Origin: an uncultured Rhodothermales bacterium
GTDB taxonomy: Bacteria; Bacteroidota; Rhodothermia; Rhodothermales; BA12
Reading direction: 5' to 3'
Length of the DNA stretch: 35,198 nucleotides
Assembly (NCBI GenBank): GCA_965365405.1
Contig: CBDUBO010000001.1
Location: 1 to 35,198 of the forward strand
Position numbers and translations under genes: made by a program. The notes beneath the pieces are model-generated. The model did not search any database. It was not told the DNA's origin and was given only the letters and a program-made list of their open reading frames with translations. Every line of letters starts with the position of its first letter. Positions within the stretch are counted from its first letter, which is position 1. Below, piece after piece: positions 1 through 9,082 of this stretch.

Positions 1-557
1 TGGCCGACCTCTACCTCGAATGCGAGGCGTGCAAGGGGCGGCGCTTCAAGCAGGAAGTGCTGGAGGTGCGCTACAAGGGCAAAAACGTGGACGACATCCT
101 GAACATGACCATTTCGGAAGCCGTGGCGTTTTTCGAGGGGGATGCCGCCGTCGTGAACAAGCTCAAGGTGCTCGAAGAGATCGGGCTGGGCTACCTCACC
201 CTCGGGCAGCCGAGCAACACGCTTTCGGGCGGCGAGGCGCAGCGCGTGAAGCTGGGCGCGATTCTGGGTAAGACGACGAAAGAAAAGACGCTCTACCTGT
301 TCGACGAGCCCACGACGGGCCTCCACTTCGACGACATCCGCAAGCTGCTCGCGGCCTTCAACGCGCTCGTGGACAACGGGCACTCGGTCGTCCTCATCGA
401 GCACAACCTGGACGTGATACGCGCCAGCGACTACGTGATCGACATGGGGCCAGAGGGTGGGCGCGGCGGCGGCGAGGTGGTGGCTGCCGGAACCCCGGAA
501 GCCCTCGCGCAGCACCCGGAAAGCCACACCGGCCACTTTTTGCGGGAGGTGTTGTAG
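1..557 (+). CDS. uvrA: Excinuclease ABC subunit A (UvrA), C-terminal fragment; the 5' end lies outside the window
   Basis: Frame 3 is open from the window edge (pos 3) to TAG 555-557. Translation [28 protein letters not shown]...[12 protein letters not shown]...[15 protein letters not shown]...[10 protein letters not shown] matches the C-terminal Zn-finger plus ABC signature, Walker B and H-loop of UvrA. Confidence 0.95.
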   Translation, partial: ADLYLECEACKGRRFKQEVLEVRYKGKNVDDILNMTISEAVAFFEGDAAVVNKLKVLEEIGLGYLTLGQPSNTLSGGEAQRVKLGAILGKTTKEKTLYLFDEPTTGLHFDDIRKLLAAFNALVDNGHSVVLIEHNLDVIRASDYVIDMGPEGGRGGGEVVAAGTPEALAQHPESHTGHFLREVL

Positions 558-631
558 CGAGTTCCTCGAGTGGCGAAGCGGCGTAACCAGACGTTGCACC
601 GGGCGTAGAGGCGGCGGCTTCTTCGCACCCC

Positions 632-2167
632 ATGGACTCCATCACCCTGTCCCGAACGCCTCGCGTGCCGCTCACGATGTGGGCGTTGGTCGGGCTGACG
701 CTGCTGCTCCACTTCGTCGTGGCGTTCGTGACGCCCTACGGCATCCACCGGGACGAATTCCTCTACCTCTCGCTCGGTAAGCACCTGCGCTTCTGGGCGA
801 TGGACGTGCCGCCCGGCATCGCGCTGTGGGCCAACGCGGCGCGCGCGATCTTCGGCGACACGCTGTTTGCCGTCCGCTTCTGGCCCGCCGTCTGCCATGC
901 GGTTCTCGTGCTGCTGACGATGCTCACAGCACGCAGGCTGGGCGGCAGCACGGCAGCGCAGGTTTTAGCCGCGACGGCCGTTTTGCTCAGTTCACTTTTC
1001 ATGCGGGCGGGCACGCTTTTCCAACCCGTCGTCTTCGACCAGGTGTGGTGGACGCTCGGCCTTTTCGCGCTTGTTGGACTGGGACAGACGGGGCGCAGGC
1101 GGTGGTGGCTGCTGCTGGGCGTGGCCTGCGGGCTCGGGCTTTTGAACAAGCTCAGCATCCTCTTTTTCGGGCTGGCCGTGCTGGCCGGCCTGCTTTTTTC
1201 GCCGCAGCGGCGGGCGCTTCTGACGCCTTGGCCGTACGCGGCAGCCCTTGTCGCGCTTGTGCTGGGCAGCCCGACGATTGTGGGGCAGGTGCGGCTGGGC
1301 TTCCCCGTTTTCGGGCAGATGGCAGCGTTGAAGGCTGCTCAGTTGGAGCGCGTAACGCCTGCCGCCTTTCTGTCCGGACAGTTCGAAATGCTTGGCCCTT
1401 CCTTCCTGCTCGCCCTCGCCGGGCTGGCGTATCTGCTGGCCGCACGGTCGGCGCGCAGCTTCCGCGCCGTGGGGTGGACGTGCGCGGTCGCGTTCGGGCT
1501 CATGCTCGCCACGCAGGGCAAGGCGTACTACATCGGCCCCATCTACCCCGTGCTCTTCGCCGCCGGGGCCGTCGCCCTTCAGTCCCTCCCACGCCGCGCC
1601 GCGCGCCCTGCCTACGCCCTCCTGATGGGGTTGATGGTAGCCGCCGGCCTCGTGGCCTTCCCGATGGGGGTGCCCGTACTGCCGCCCGCCGCCATGGCGC
1701 GCTACGCGGCCTACTTCGAAGGCTCGACCCAGACCAACACGGGTGAAACGCTCGCGCTTCCGCAGGACTACGCCGACATGCTGGGCTGGGAAGCACAGGT
1801 GCGCGCCGTGGCGCGCGTGTACCACGCGCTGCCCGAAAGGGAGCAGGCGCAGGCCGTCGTGGTGGCCGCCAATTACGGCGAGGCGGGCGCGCTCGATTTC
1901 TACGGTCCGCGCTACGGACTGCCCGGCGTGGTATCCGCGCACACGAGCTTCTGGTTTTTCGGGCCCGGCTCGCGTCCGGGCGCGGTGGCCGTCGCCATCG
2001 GGGTGGACGAGGCCGAACTAAAGGCGTTCTACGGCGAGACCTCCGTCGTGCAAACCGTCAGTACGCAATGGGGGGTACCGGAGGAGCAGAACGTCCCCAT
2101 CGTCGTTGCGCGCCAGCCATTCCGCACCATCCAGGAGGTGTGGCCCGCGCTTGCGGGACAGTACTGA
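632..2167 (+). CDS. GT-C fold glycosyltransferase, ArnT/PMT-like (family 39/83 type), polytopic membrane protein
   Basis: 511-aa ORF from ATG 632. Many hydrophobic helices are followed by a soluble C-terminal domain. The N-terminal loop 'YGIHRDEFLYLSLG' resembles the acidic loop-1 motif of ArnT/PMT enzymes. An alternative start at Met16 is possible. Confidence 0.85.
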   Translation: MDSITLSRTPRVPLTMWALVGLTLLLHFVVAFVTPYGIHRDEFLYLSLGKHLRFWAMDVPPGIALWANAARAIFGDTLFAVRFWPAVCHAVLVLLTMLTARRLGGSTAAQVLAATAVLLSSLFMRAGTLFQPVVFDQVWWTLGLFALVGLGQTGRRRWWLLLGVACGLGLLNKLSILFFGLAVLAGLLFSPQRRALLTPWPYAAALVALVLGSPTIVGQVRLGFPVFGQMAALKAAQLERVTPAAFLSGQFEMLGPSFLLALAGLAYLLAARSARSFRAVGWTCAVAFGLMLATQGKAYYIGPIYPVLFAAGAVALQSLPRRAARPAYALLMGLMVAAGLVAFPMGVPVLPPAAMARYAAYFEGSTQTNTGETLALPQDYADMLGWEAQVRAVARVYHALPEREQAQAVVVAANYGEAGALDFYGPRYGLPGVVSAHTSFWFFGPGSRPGAVAVAIGVDEAELKAFYGETSVVQTVSTQWGVPEEQNVPIVVARQPFRTIQEVWPALAGQY

Positions 2168-2194
2168 GGTACGCTTCCTGCCGCCTTTTCTACC

Positions 2195-3322
2195 ATGCTG
2201 CTTCCCGACTGGAGACGGGCCGTCCTTAAAGTGGGCAGCGCCCTCGTGGCCCCTGAAGGCCGGCCAAGCACGCGGCATCTGCACGCCATCGCGGCGTTTG
2301 TACAGCAGTCCCGGCACGCCGGGCGCGCCGTCGTCGTCGTCTCCTCCGGAGCCGTTGCCTCCGGACGCGAGCAGCCGGACGCGCCAGACGGCGTGCTGCG
2401 TCCCCGCCCGCGTACCCTCGCCGAGAAGCAGGCCCTCGCCGCGCTTGGCCAGCCCCGCCTGATGGCGCTGTGGAGCAGTCTGCTCAATGCACCTGCCGCC
2501 CAGCTCCTGCTCACCTACGACGACCTGCGCGACCGCACGCGCTTTGCCAACGCCCGCGCCACGCTTGCCGCGCTGCTCGGCATGGGAGCCGTGCCCATCA
2601 TCAACGAGAACGACACCGTGGCCGTCGAGGAGTTGAAGGTGGGTGACAACGACAACCTTGCCGCCCACACCGCTGCCCTCGCCGACGCCGACCTGCTCGT
2701 GATCCTTTCGGACGTGGACGGCCTCTTTACCGCCGACCCGCGCCACCACGCGGACGCCCTCCTCATCCCCGAAGTGGCGCGCGTGGACGGGACGGTGTAT
2801 GCCCTCGCGGGCGGCGCGGGCACCACCAACGCGACGGGCGGCATGAAGACCAAGCTCGAAGCCGCCGAGAAAGCCACCGCGCGCGGCATCGCCACGGTGC
2901 TCGTCAACGGCACCCGTCCGGCAGCACTGGCGGCACTGGCCGAGGGCCGGGTGGACGGCACGCTGTTCCGGGCACAGGGCGCGGCGCTCACGGCGCGCAA
3001 GCACTGGCTGCGCCACACGCTGCCCGCAGCAGGGCGCGTGCTGGTAGATGCTGGGGCTGCCCGCGCCCTCGTCACGTCGGGCGCGTCGCTCCTGCCCGCC
3101 GGCATCGCGCAGGTGGAAGGCACGTTCAGCCGCGGCGAGGCCGTACTGGTGGTGGAGGCAGCTACGGGCTCGCCGCTCGCCAAAGGCATCGTGCAGTACG
3201 GCGCGGCAGACCTGCTGCGCATCCGGGGCTGCAAATCGGGTGAAATCGAAGCCCGCCTCGGCTACACCTACGCCGCCGAAGCCATCCACCGCGACGACCT
3301 GACCTTACTCGACGAGGCGTGA
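2195..3322 (+). CDS. proB: Glutamate 5-kinase with C-terminal PUA domain
   Basis: 375 aa. Amino-acid-kinase motifs are present: VLKVGSALV, VVVSSGAVA, PIINENDTVAVEE, GDNDNLAA, GGMKTKLEAA. The C-terminal ~90 aa are PUA-like (GEAVLVV...GIVQY). Confidence 0.95.
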   Translation: MLLPDWRRAVLKVGSALVAPEGRPSTRHLHAIAAFVQQSRHAGRAVVVVSSGAVASGREQPDAPDGVLRPRPRTLAEKQALAALGQPRLMALWSSLLNAPAAQLLLTYDDLRDRTRFANARATLAALLGMGAVPIINENDTVAVEELKVGDNDNLAAHTAALADADLLVILSDVDGLFTADPRHHADALLIPEVARVDGTVYALAGGAGTTNATGGMKTKLEAAEKATARGIATVLVNGTRPAALAALAEGRVDGTLFRAQGAALTARKHWLRHTLPAAGRVLVDAGAARALVTSGASLLPAGIAQVEGTFSRGEAVLVVEAATGSPLAKGIVQYGAADLLRIRGCKSGEIEARLGYTYAAEAIHRDDLTLLDEA

Positions 3323-3416
3323 CGCACCGTGACGCGGACGTGTAAAGCCGTGTGCTGCCACAGGGATGTGCCGCGGCACGCTTCGTAGGTTGCAGCCTCC
3401 GTTTTCCCTCGCCCCT

Positions 3417-4667
3417 ATGCGTGACTCTCTCTCTACCCTGGCCCGCAACGCCCGGCAGGCGTCGCGACTGCTGGCCCGCACCGCGACGTCGCAGCGCAAC
3501 GATGCCCTTCTGGCGATGGCCGATGCCTTGCTTGCGCGGCAGGACAACCTCCTGCACGCCAACAGCCGCGACGTGGCGCAGGCTGCCGCACGCGGCCTCG
3601 CCCCGGCCCTGCAAGACCGCCTCGCGCTCACGCCCGAACGCATCGGCAAGATGGCGCAGGCGCTGCGCGACGTGGCCGCCCTGCCCGATCCCGTGGGCGA
3701 AATGGCCGCCGAGTGGACGCGCCCCAACGGCATCCGGGTAGGGCAGATGCGCGTACCGCTCGGCGTCATCTGCATGATTTACGAAGCCCGCCCCAACGTG
3801 ACGAGCGACGCCGCCGGGCTGTGCCTCAAGGCCGGCAACGCCACCATTCTGCGGGGCGGCTCGGAAGCCTTTCTGTCTAACCAGGCCGTCGTGGCGGCGC
3901 TGCACGAAGGACTCGAACGTGCCGGGCTACCAGCCGCCGCCGTTGCGTTCGTGCCCACCACGGATCGCGACGCGCTCACCGAACTGCTCACCTTTACCGA
4001 CTACATAGACCTCGTCATCCCGCGCGGGGGCGAAGGGCTGATTCGCTTCGTGGACGAACACAGCCGCATTCCCGTCATCAAGCACTACAAGGGCGTCTGT
4101 CACCTGTTCGTGGACGATTCGGCGGACTTCGACGTAGCGATGCGATTGCTCGTGGACGGCAAAACGTCGCGGCCCGGCGTGTGCAATGCGCTCGAAACCC
4201 TCCTCGTCCACGAAGCGGTGGCAGACGATTTTCTGCCGCGAGCGGCCCGCTTGCTGGGCGAAAAGGGCGTCGAGCTTCGGGGCGACGACGCCACGCGCGC
4301 GCGCGTGCCGCATGCGGCTCAAGCAACAGAGGACGATTACCACGCCGAGTATCTCGACCTCATTCTGGCCGTGCGCGTCGTGGCCGGGCTGGACGAAGCC
4401 ATCGGCCACGTCGAGCGCTACGGTTCGCTGCACACCGAGGTGATCGTCACAGCCACCCCCGAACACGCCCGCCGCTGGGTGCGCGAGGTGGACGCTTCCG
4501 TCGTAATGGTCAACGCCTCGTCGCGCTTCTCGGACGGCGGCGAACTGGGGCTGGGAGCCGAAATCGGCATTTCGACGACAAAGCTGCATGCCTACGGGCC
4601 GATGGGCCTTGAATCCCTCACCACCCGGAAATTCGTCGTCCACGGCGACGGCCAGGTGCGCGTATGA
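3417..4667 (+). CDS. proA: Gamma-glutamyl phosphate reductase
   Basis: The ORF opens at 3366, but ATG 3417 (MRDSLSTLARNARQAS...) fits ProA N-termini. Catalytic-Cys motif RPGVCNALETLLVH is present. The C-terminus ...KFVVHGDGQVR is typical. Stop is TGA 4665-4667. Confidence 0.95.
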   Translation: MRDSLSTLARNARQASRLLARTATSQRNDALLAMADALLARQDNLLHANSRDVAQAAARGLAPALQDRLALTPERIGKMAQALRDVAALPDPVGEMAAEWTRPNGIRVGQMRVPLGVICMIYEARPNVTSDAAGLCLKAGNATILRGGSEAFLSNQAVVAALHEGLERAGLPAAAVAFVPTTDRDALTELLTFTDYIDLVIPRGGEGLIRFVDEHSRIPVIKHYKGVCHLFVDDSADFDVAMRLLVDGKTSRPGVCNALETLLVHEAVADDFLPRAARLLGEKGVELRGDDATRARVPHAAQATEDDYHAEYLDLILAVRVVAGLDEAIGHVERYGSLHTEVIVTATPEHARRWVREVDASVVMVNASSRFSDGGELGLGAEIGISTTKLHAYGPMGLESLTTRKFVVHGDGQVRV

Positions 4668-5257
4668 ATGCTTTCAACACGCCCGTCACCCTCGAAGGCC
4701 GCGCCGTGCGCCTTGAACCCCTTGCGGCCGGCCACCTGGACGCGTTGTGCCATGTAGGACTCGATCCCTCGCTCTGGGCCTGGACGACCAGCCACGTGGC
4801 CACGGCAGCCGACATGCGTCGGTATGTGGAAGCCGCCCTCACCGAGCAGGCGGCCGGGCACGCGCTTCCCTTCGTCACAATCGAAAAAGCAACCGGCCAT
4901 GTTGTAGGCAGCACGCGCTTCGGCAACATCGCCCCCGCGCACCGCCGCGTCGAGATCGGGTGGACGTGGGTTGCGCCTGCGTGGCAGCGCACCGCCGTCA
5001 ACACGGAGGCCAAAAAGCTGATGCTGGCCCATGCCTTCGAAACGCTGGGCTGCATCCGCGTCGAACTCAAAACGGACGTGCTCAACACGCGCTCGCGCCG
5101 CGCCATCGAGCGCCTTGGCGCGCAGCAGGAAGGCATCCTGCGGCACCACCTCATCACCGACCAGGGGCGCGTGCGGGACACGGTGTATTACAGCATCCTC
5201 GCCGCTGAGTGGCCTCTGGTGAAGGCGGGGCTGGACGAAAGGCTGGCCGCTTTCTGA
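4664..5257 (+). CDS. GNAT family N-acetyltransferase (RimJ/RimL-like subfamily)
   Basis: 197 aa. The ATG overlaps the proA stop (ATGA at 4664-4667). Pattern: VRLEPL..GHLDAL ... VGSTRFGNI...RRVEIGWTWVAPAWQRTAVNTEAKKLMLAHAFETLGCIRVELKTDVLNTRSRRAIERLGAQQEGILR. Confidence 0.85.
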   Translation: MNAFNTPVTLEGRAVRLEPLAAGHLDALCHVGLDPSLWAWTTSHVATAADMRRYVEAALTEQAAGHALPFVTIEKATGHVVGSTRFGNIAPAHRRVEIGWTWVAPAWQRTAVNTEAKKLMLAHAFETLGCIRVELKTDVLNTRSRRAIERLGAQQEGILRHHLITDQGRVRDTVYYSILAAEWPLVKAGLDERLAAF

Positions 5258-5272
5258 TGCTGCGGACTCTTT

Positions 5273-5572
5273 TCACGCAGGCGGCTCGATAGCCCGGTTG
5301 GCGATTTCCGCCGTCACCTCCTGCGCATCCCCGTCGCCGCCAAGCCAGACGCGGTTGGGCGCGCGAAAGAAGATGCCCTGCACGTAGGCCACGGCTTCTT
5401 CCAGCGTTTCGGGGTTTTCGTTCTCGGCGCGGAAAACCGTCTCGTCGTCGCGGTAGCTATCGGTCATGCGGAGCCGTTCGGCAAAGCTGTCGTCCCGCCC
5501 GATGTTGGCGGTTTCCAGCTCGCCCGCGTTTACGTCCACCTCTACGTCGTTGCTGATCGTGAATCGAAACAT
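5273..5572 (-). CDS. Hypothetical small acidic protein (99 aa), no family recognised
   Basis: ATG at 5570-5572 on the minus strand. Third codon positions are strongly GC-biased, as in neighbouring real genes. The product is rich in D/E (MFRFTISNDVEVDVNAGELETANIGRDDSF...). It converges on the GNAT gene with only 15 nt between the stops. Confidence 0.6.
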   Translation of the reverse strand: MFRFTISNDVEVDVNAGELETANIGRDDSFAERLRMTDSYRDDETVFRAENENPETLEEAVAYVQGIFFRAPNRVWLGGDGDAQEVTAEIANRAIEPPA

Positions 5573-5692
5573 GGTCTGTATGCTGGTTGGATGAGGGTAG
5601 GGTCACCGGCGTGCAAAGGGTGTCGTTCCAGGCGCAGGGCGACGATGCGGTAAAGCGCGTCTCTTCGCCGTTTCATCACAAAGTGTTTGTTA

Positions 5693-5749
5693 CCTCGTGC
5701 GGCCTCGTGGCGGCTGTTGAGGTGCTGCCCCGCGCGTGAAAACCTCGTG
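5693..5749 (+). repeat. Three exact CCTCGTG direct repeats phased at 10 and 40 nt, upstream of the first GT4 gene
   Basis: Copies at 5693-5699, 5703-5709 and 5743-5749, plus a degenerate CTCGTG at 5775-5780. The palindrome CCTGTTccAACAGG at 5786-5799 lies 10 nt before ATG 5810. Confidence 0.5.
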
Positions 5750-5809
5750 GAAGGCAAACAGCCCAGCCGCCCCTCTCGTGTAACGCCTGTTCCAACAGGT
5801 TTCCACCTT

Positions 5810-7054
5810 ATGCCACGCACTGCCAGCCGTCTCCGCGCTCCCCGCTCTGCCGCGCCGCGGCGGCCGTTGCGCGTGGCCCTGTTTACGGGCGCCTACAACC
5901 ACATCGCCGACGGCGTATCGCTTACACTGAACCGGCTGGTGGCCTACCTGGTGCGTCAGGGCGTGGAGGTGCGCGTGTTTGCGCCCACGGCCGAGACGCC
6001 TGCGCTCGAACACGCGGGTACGCTCGTGCCTATTCCCTCGGTGCCCGTGCCGGGGCGACCCGAATACCGGATGTCGCTGGGGCTGACTCCGCGCCTCCGC
6101 CGCGACGTGCTAGCTTTCGAGCCGGACATCATCCACATTGCCACCCCGGACGTGCTGGGGTTTCAGGCGCTGCGCCTGGCCCGCAAACACGACATTCCTG
6201 CCGTCTCGACGTATCACACCCACTTCAGCTCTTACCTGAGCTACTACGGCGCAGGCTGGCTCGAAGGGGCCTTCTGGCGCTATGCACGCTGGTTTTACGG
6301 GCGTTGTGATGCCGTGTACGTGCCCTCTCAATCCATGCTCGATGTGCTGGCGGCGCAGGGCGTCGAGGGGAATCTGCAGGTGTGGGCGCGCGGCGTTGAG
6401 ACGGAACGCTTCAACCCGGAACGCCGGTCGGAAAGCTGGCGCGCCCGGCACGGCTTCGCGACCGAAGACGTGGTGGTGAGCTATGTCGGTCGCCTGGTCT
6501 GGGAAAAAGGACTGGACGTGTATGCCGACGTGATTGAGCAGCTTCAGGCGCGCGGCATTCCGCACCGCAGCCTGGTGGTAGGCGAAGGCCCGGCCCGCGC
6601 CGATCTGGAAGCGCGGCTGGGGCAGACCATGTTCACCGGCCACCTCGGCGGCACCGACCTGGCTGTGGCCCACGCTTCGTCCGACGTGTTCGTGTTCCCC
6701 TCTGAAACGGAGACGTTCGGAAACGTGACGCTGGAGGCGATGGCCTCTGGCGTGCCTACCGTGTGCGCCGACGCCACGGGCAGCGCCTCGCTCGTCGAGA
6801 ACGGGGAGACGGGTTTTCTCGTGCCTCCGCGTCAGAGCCGCGCGTTTGCAGCCGCCACCGAAGCGCTCGTACTCGACGCCGACCTGCGCCACCGCATGGG
6901 AGACGCCGCGCTGCGCCGCGCGCAGGGCTTCGCGTGGAGTCAGATTCTGGGCCAGATGCTCGACCATTACCACACGCTGGTGCCCGATGCGCACGCCGAT
7001 GCCCCGGCAGAGCCTGCTCCCGTGCGCACCGCTACGCCGCTGGCCCATGCCTGA
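5810..7054 (+). CDS. Glycosyltransferase family 4 (GT-B, retaining type)
   Basis: The ORF track opens at TTG 5687, but third-position GC is only ~60% (hand count) before ATG 5810 and high after it. From 5810: MPRTASRLRAPRS...LRVALFTGAYNHIADGVSLTLNRLV. The C-domain carries the EX7E signature FVFPSETETFGNVTLEAMASGVPTV...LVENGETGFLV. Confidence 0.85.
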   Translation: MPRTASRLRAPRSAAPRRPLRVALFTGAYNHIADGVSLTLNRLVAYLVRQGVEVRVFAPTAETPALEHAGTLVPIPSVPVPGRPEYRMSLGLTPRLRRDVLAFEPDIIHIATPDVLGFQALRLARKHDIPAVSTYHTHFSSYLSYYGAGWLEGAFWRYARWFYGRCDAVYVPSQSMLDVLAAQGVEGNLQVWARGVETERFNPERRSESWRARHGFATEDVVVSYVGRLVWEKGLDVYADVIEQLQARGIPHRSLVVGEGPARADLEARLGQTMFTGHLGGTDLAVAHASSDVFVFPSETETFGNVTLEAMASGVPTVCADATGSASLVENGETGFLVPPRQSRAFAAATEALVLDADLRHRMGDAALRRAQGFAWSQILGQMLDHYHTLVPDAHADAPAEPAPVRTATPLAHA

Positions 7055-8234
7055 GCCTGCTTCCGTACGCGGCGTCATTGCGGCGCCACCGGCGCAGCCC
7101 TTTCGGCTCCTGTTCGTTTCCCATTCGTTCCCCCCTCCAGAGCGTCCCCTCGCCAACGTAGGCGGCATGCAGCGCGTGGCCACCGAATTGCACGCTGCGT
7201 TGTCGCGTGCCCCTGGTGTGGCGCTGGAAAGCGAGCTGCTCCACACGTCGTGGCGGTGGACGCACGCGCGCATGCCGACTTTTCTGCTGCGCGTGCGGCG
7301 GCGTCTGCGCGAAGTAGCCCGCATCGGCGCCGTGGATGCCGTCCTGTTTTCCTCGATGGTGACGGCGACGATGGCGATTCCTGCCCGGTTGGCCCTGCGA
7401 GAAGCGGGCATTCAGACGGCCGCCATCGCACACGGACTGGACGTGACGACGCCGTTCAGGCCGTATCAGAAAAGCGTCGTGCCCCGCGTGTTCAATGCAC
7501 TCGACCTGGTGCTGCCCGTTAGCCGGGCTACAGGCGAAGCGTGCCTGGAACGTGGCCTGGATGCAGACAAGCTGCGCGTAGTGCCCAACGGCATCGACGT
7601 ATCGCGCTTCTCGCCGCCCGCTGATCGGTCTGTTGCACGGCAGCGCCTGGAGGCTCACTTCGAGGCTTCTCTTCCCCCCGGCAGCCTGTTGCTGCTCAGC
7701 GTGGGCCGCCACGTGCCCCGCAAAGGGTTTGCCTGGTTTGCCGCTCACGTGTTGCCTCAGCTCCCCCCCACGATACACTGGTGGGTCGCGGGCGAAGGAC
7801 CCGAAACCGCTGCGGTCCGCCAGGCGGCAGAGCAACATGGCCTGGGTGAGCGCGTGCGTCTGCTGGGCCGTGTTTCCGACAGCGCGCTGCGCGACCTGTA
7901 CCAGGGGGCCGACCTGTTCGTGATGCCCAACCGCCCCGTTCCGGGCGACATGGAGGGGTTTGGCGTGGTGATGCTCGAAGCCGGGCTGGCCGGATTGCCC
8001 ACGGTGGGCGCGGGCATAGAAGGCATTCGCGACGTGATTACCGAACGCGTTAACGGCCACCTCCTGCCCACGGGGGACGCGACGGCTTTCGGGCAGGCGC
8101 TGCGCTATTACCTCGAAGATCGTGATGCGCTGGCCTCGCTGTCTGCCTCTACGGCCGCCCACGTGCCCGCCACGTTTTCGTGGGAAGCCGTAGCACAGCG
8201 CTACCTGTCTGTGCTACAGGCACCCAACGGATGA
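7047..8234 (+). CDS. Glycosyltransferase family 4/1 (GT-B)
   Basis: ATG 7047 overlaps the upstream stop by 8 nt (ATGCCTGA). N-domain: FRLLFVSHSFPP...GGMQRV. EX7E motif: LFVMPNRPVPGDMEGFGVVMLEAGLAGLPTVG...RVNGHLL. The ORF-track start at 6846 lies inside the upstream gene. Confidence 0.85.
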   Translation: MPEPASVRGVIAAPPAQPFRLLFVSHSFPPPERPLANVGGMQRVATELHAALSRAPGVALESELLHTSWRWTHARMPTFLLRVRRRLREVARIGAVDAVLFSSMVTATMAIPARLALREAGIQTAAIAHGLDVTTPFRPYQKSVVPRVFNALDLVLPVSRATGEACLERGLDADKLRVVPNGIDVSRFSPPADRSVARQRLEAHFEASLPPGSLLLLSVGRHVPRKGFAWFAAHVLPQLPPTIHWWVAGEGPETAAVRQAAEQHGLGERVRLLGRVSDSALRDLYQGADLFVMPNRPVPGDMEGFGVVMLEAGLAGLPTVGAGIEGIRDVITERVNGHLLPTGDATAFGQALRYYLEDRDALASLSASTAAHVPATFSWEAVAQRYLSVLQAPNG

Positions 8235-8278
8235 ATCCTGCACCTGCACGCAGCCGAGTCACGAGGTCAGTCCCTCTT

Positions 8279-9019
8279 TCAGAGCAGCAATAGCAAAATC
8301 GCGTAGAAAGCCGCCCCCGTCGCGAAGGGGCCGAATCGGCTTTTGCGTTCGTCCGGCAGTTCCTCCTTGAGCACGTTGAGGACGATGCCGCCCGCGAGAA
8401 AGGCGAATAGCACGCCGGTAGTGGCCACGCTCAGCGCCGCCATCTGCCCGACGCCCCAGCCTACCACTACGGCGGTGGCCAGCACCCACCGGCCCACGCG
8501 CCGGTACGTCTGCCCATGATCCTGCTGCAATCCGTAATCGTTGACGACGAAGTGGAGCGCGAGGGCAATGGCGAACAGCAGCAACCCACGTGCATCCTGC
8601 TCTTCGCTGTGTACCAGCAGGTAGCCCACGAGCGCGTTGTAGAGGGCAAATGACGCGATGTGGAGCCAGAACACGCCCTGCTCCACTTCGGTCTCGCCCT
8701 GCGTACCCGTCTCCTGCACGGTTCCGCGTTCCGGCTGCGCCGTCTTCACCATCCGTTCCAACCCGTAAAACGCCGCCAGGCCGAAGAGCGCCACCAGGTA
8801 CACGTGGTGGTCTATCCACGCCAGCGCGGGCACGGTTTCGTCAAAGTGTTGCTGCGCGGCGTTCAGTTCGGGGAAGACGTGCAGAAACACGTAGGCGACG
8901 CCCGTGCCGCCTGCCGCAGACAGCCACCGGCTGCGCGGAATGCCGTCTAGAAACCGGAGCCGTCCGGCAAACACGTGGGCTGCTACGAGCACCGCTACCA
9001 CCAGCAGTTGAAGCAGCAT
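8279..9019 (-). CDS. Polytopic membrane protein, tentatively a ZIP-like divalent metal transporter
   Basis: 246 aa with ~7-8 hydrophobic helices. Two H-x3-(E/D)-like motifs (FLHVFPEL, ALHFVVNDYG), a C-terminal LKEELPDE, and a His/Glu-rich central loop are reminiscent of ZupT-type ZIP proteins. The family call is tentative; that it is a CDS is well supported. Confidence 0.55.
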   Translation of the reverse strand: MLLQLLVVAVLVAAHVFAGRLRFLDGIPRSRWLSAAGGTGVAYVFLHVFPELNAAQQHFDETVPALAWIDHHVYLVALFGLAAFYGLERMVKTAQPERGTVQETGTQGETEVEQGVFWLHIASFALYNALVGYLLVHSEEQDARGLLLFAIALALHFVVNDYGLQQDHGQTYRRVGRWVLATAVVVGWGVGQMAALSVATTGVLFAFLAGGIVLNVLKEELPDERKSRFGPFATGAAFYAILLLLL

Positions 9020-9082
9020 GGTTTTTTGAGGTTGGAGGTTGAGGGTGGGGTTTCTTTCCAGCCTTTAACCGCCAACAACCCC

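Noticed and set aside
3368-3379. Perfect 12-nt palindrome GTGCCGCGGCAC in the proB-proA spacer
   Set aside because: It is too short and loop-less to be a convincing terminator or attenuator. It is GC-rich and could arise by chance, and there is no flanking U-tract or repeat partner.
4664-5572. GNAT toxin / small-protein antitoxin module (TacT/AtaT-like)
   Set aside because: The small ORF is convergent, not upstream and co-directional. It is acidic with no RHH/DUF1778-like features. The GNAT is coupled to proA and looks RimJ-like.
5687-5809. TTG-initiated N-terminal extension of the first GT4 gene suggested by the ORF track
   Set aside because: It has lower third-position GC (~60% by hand count) and contains phased repeats in different codon phases. 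ATG 5810 gives a conventional GT4 N-terminus.
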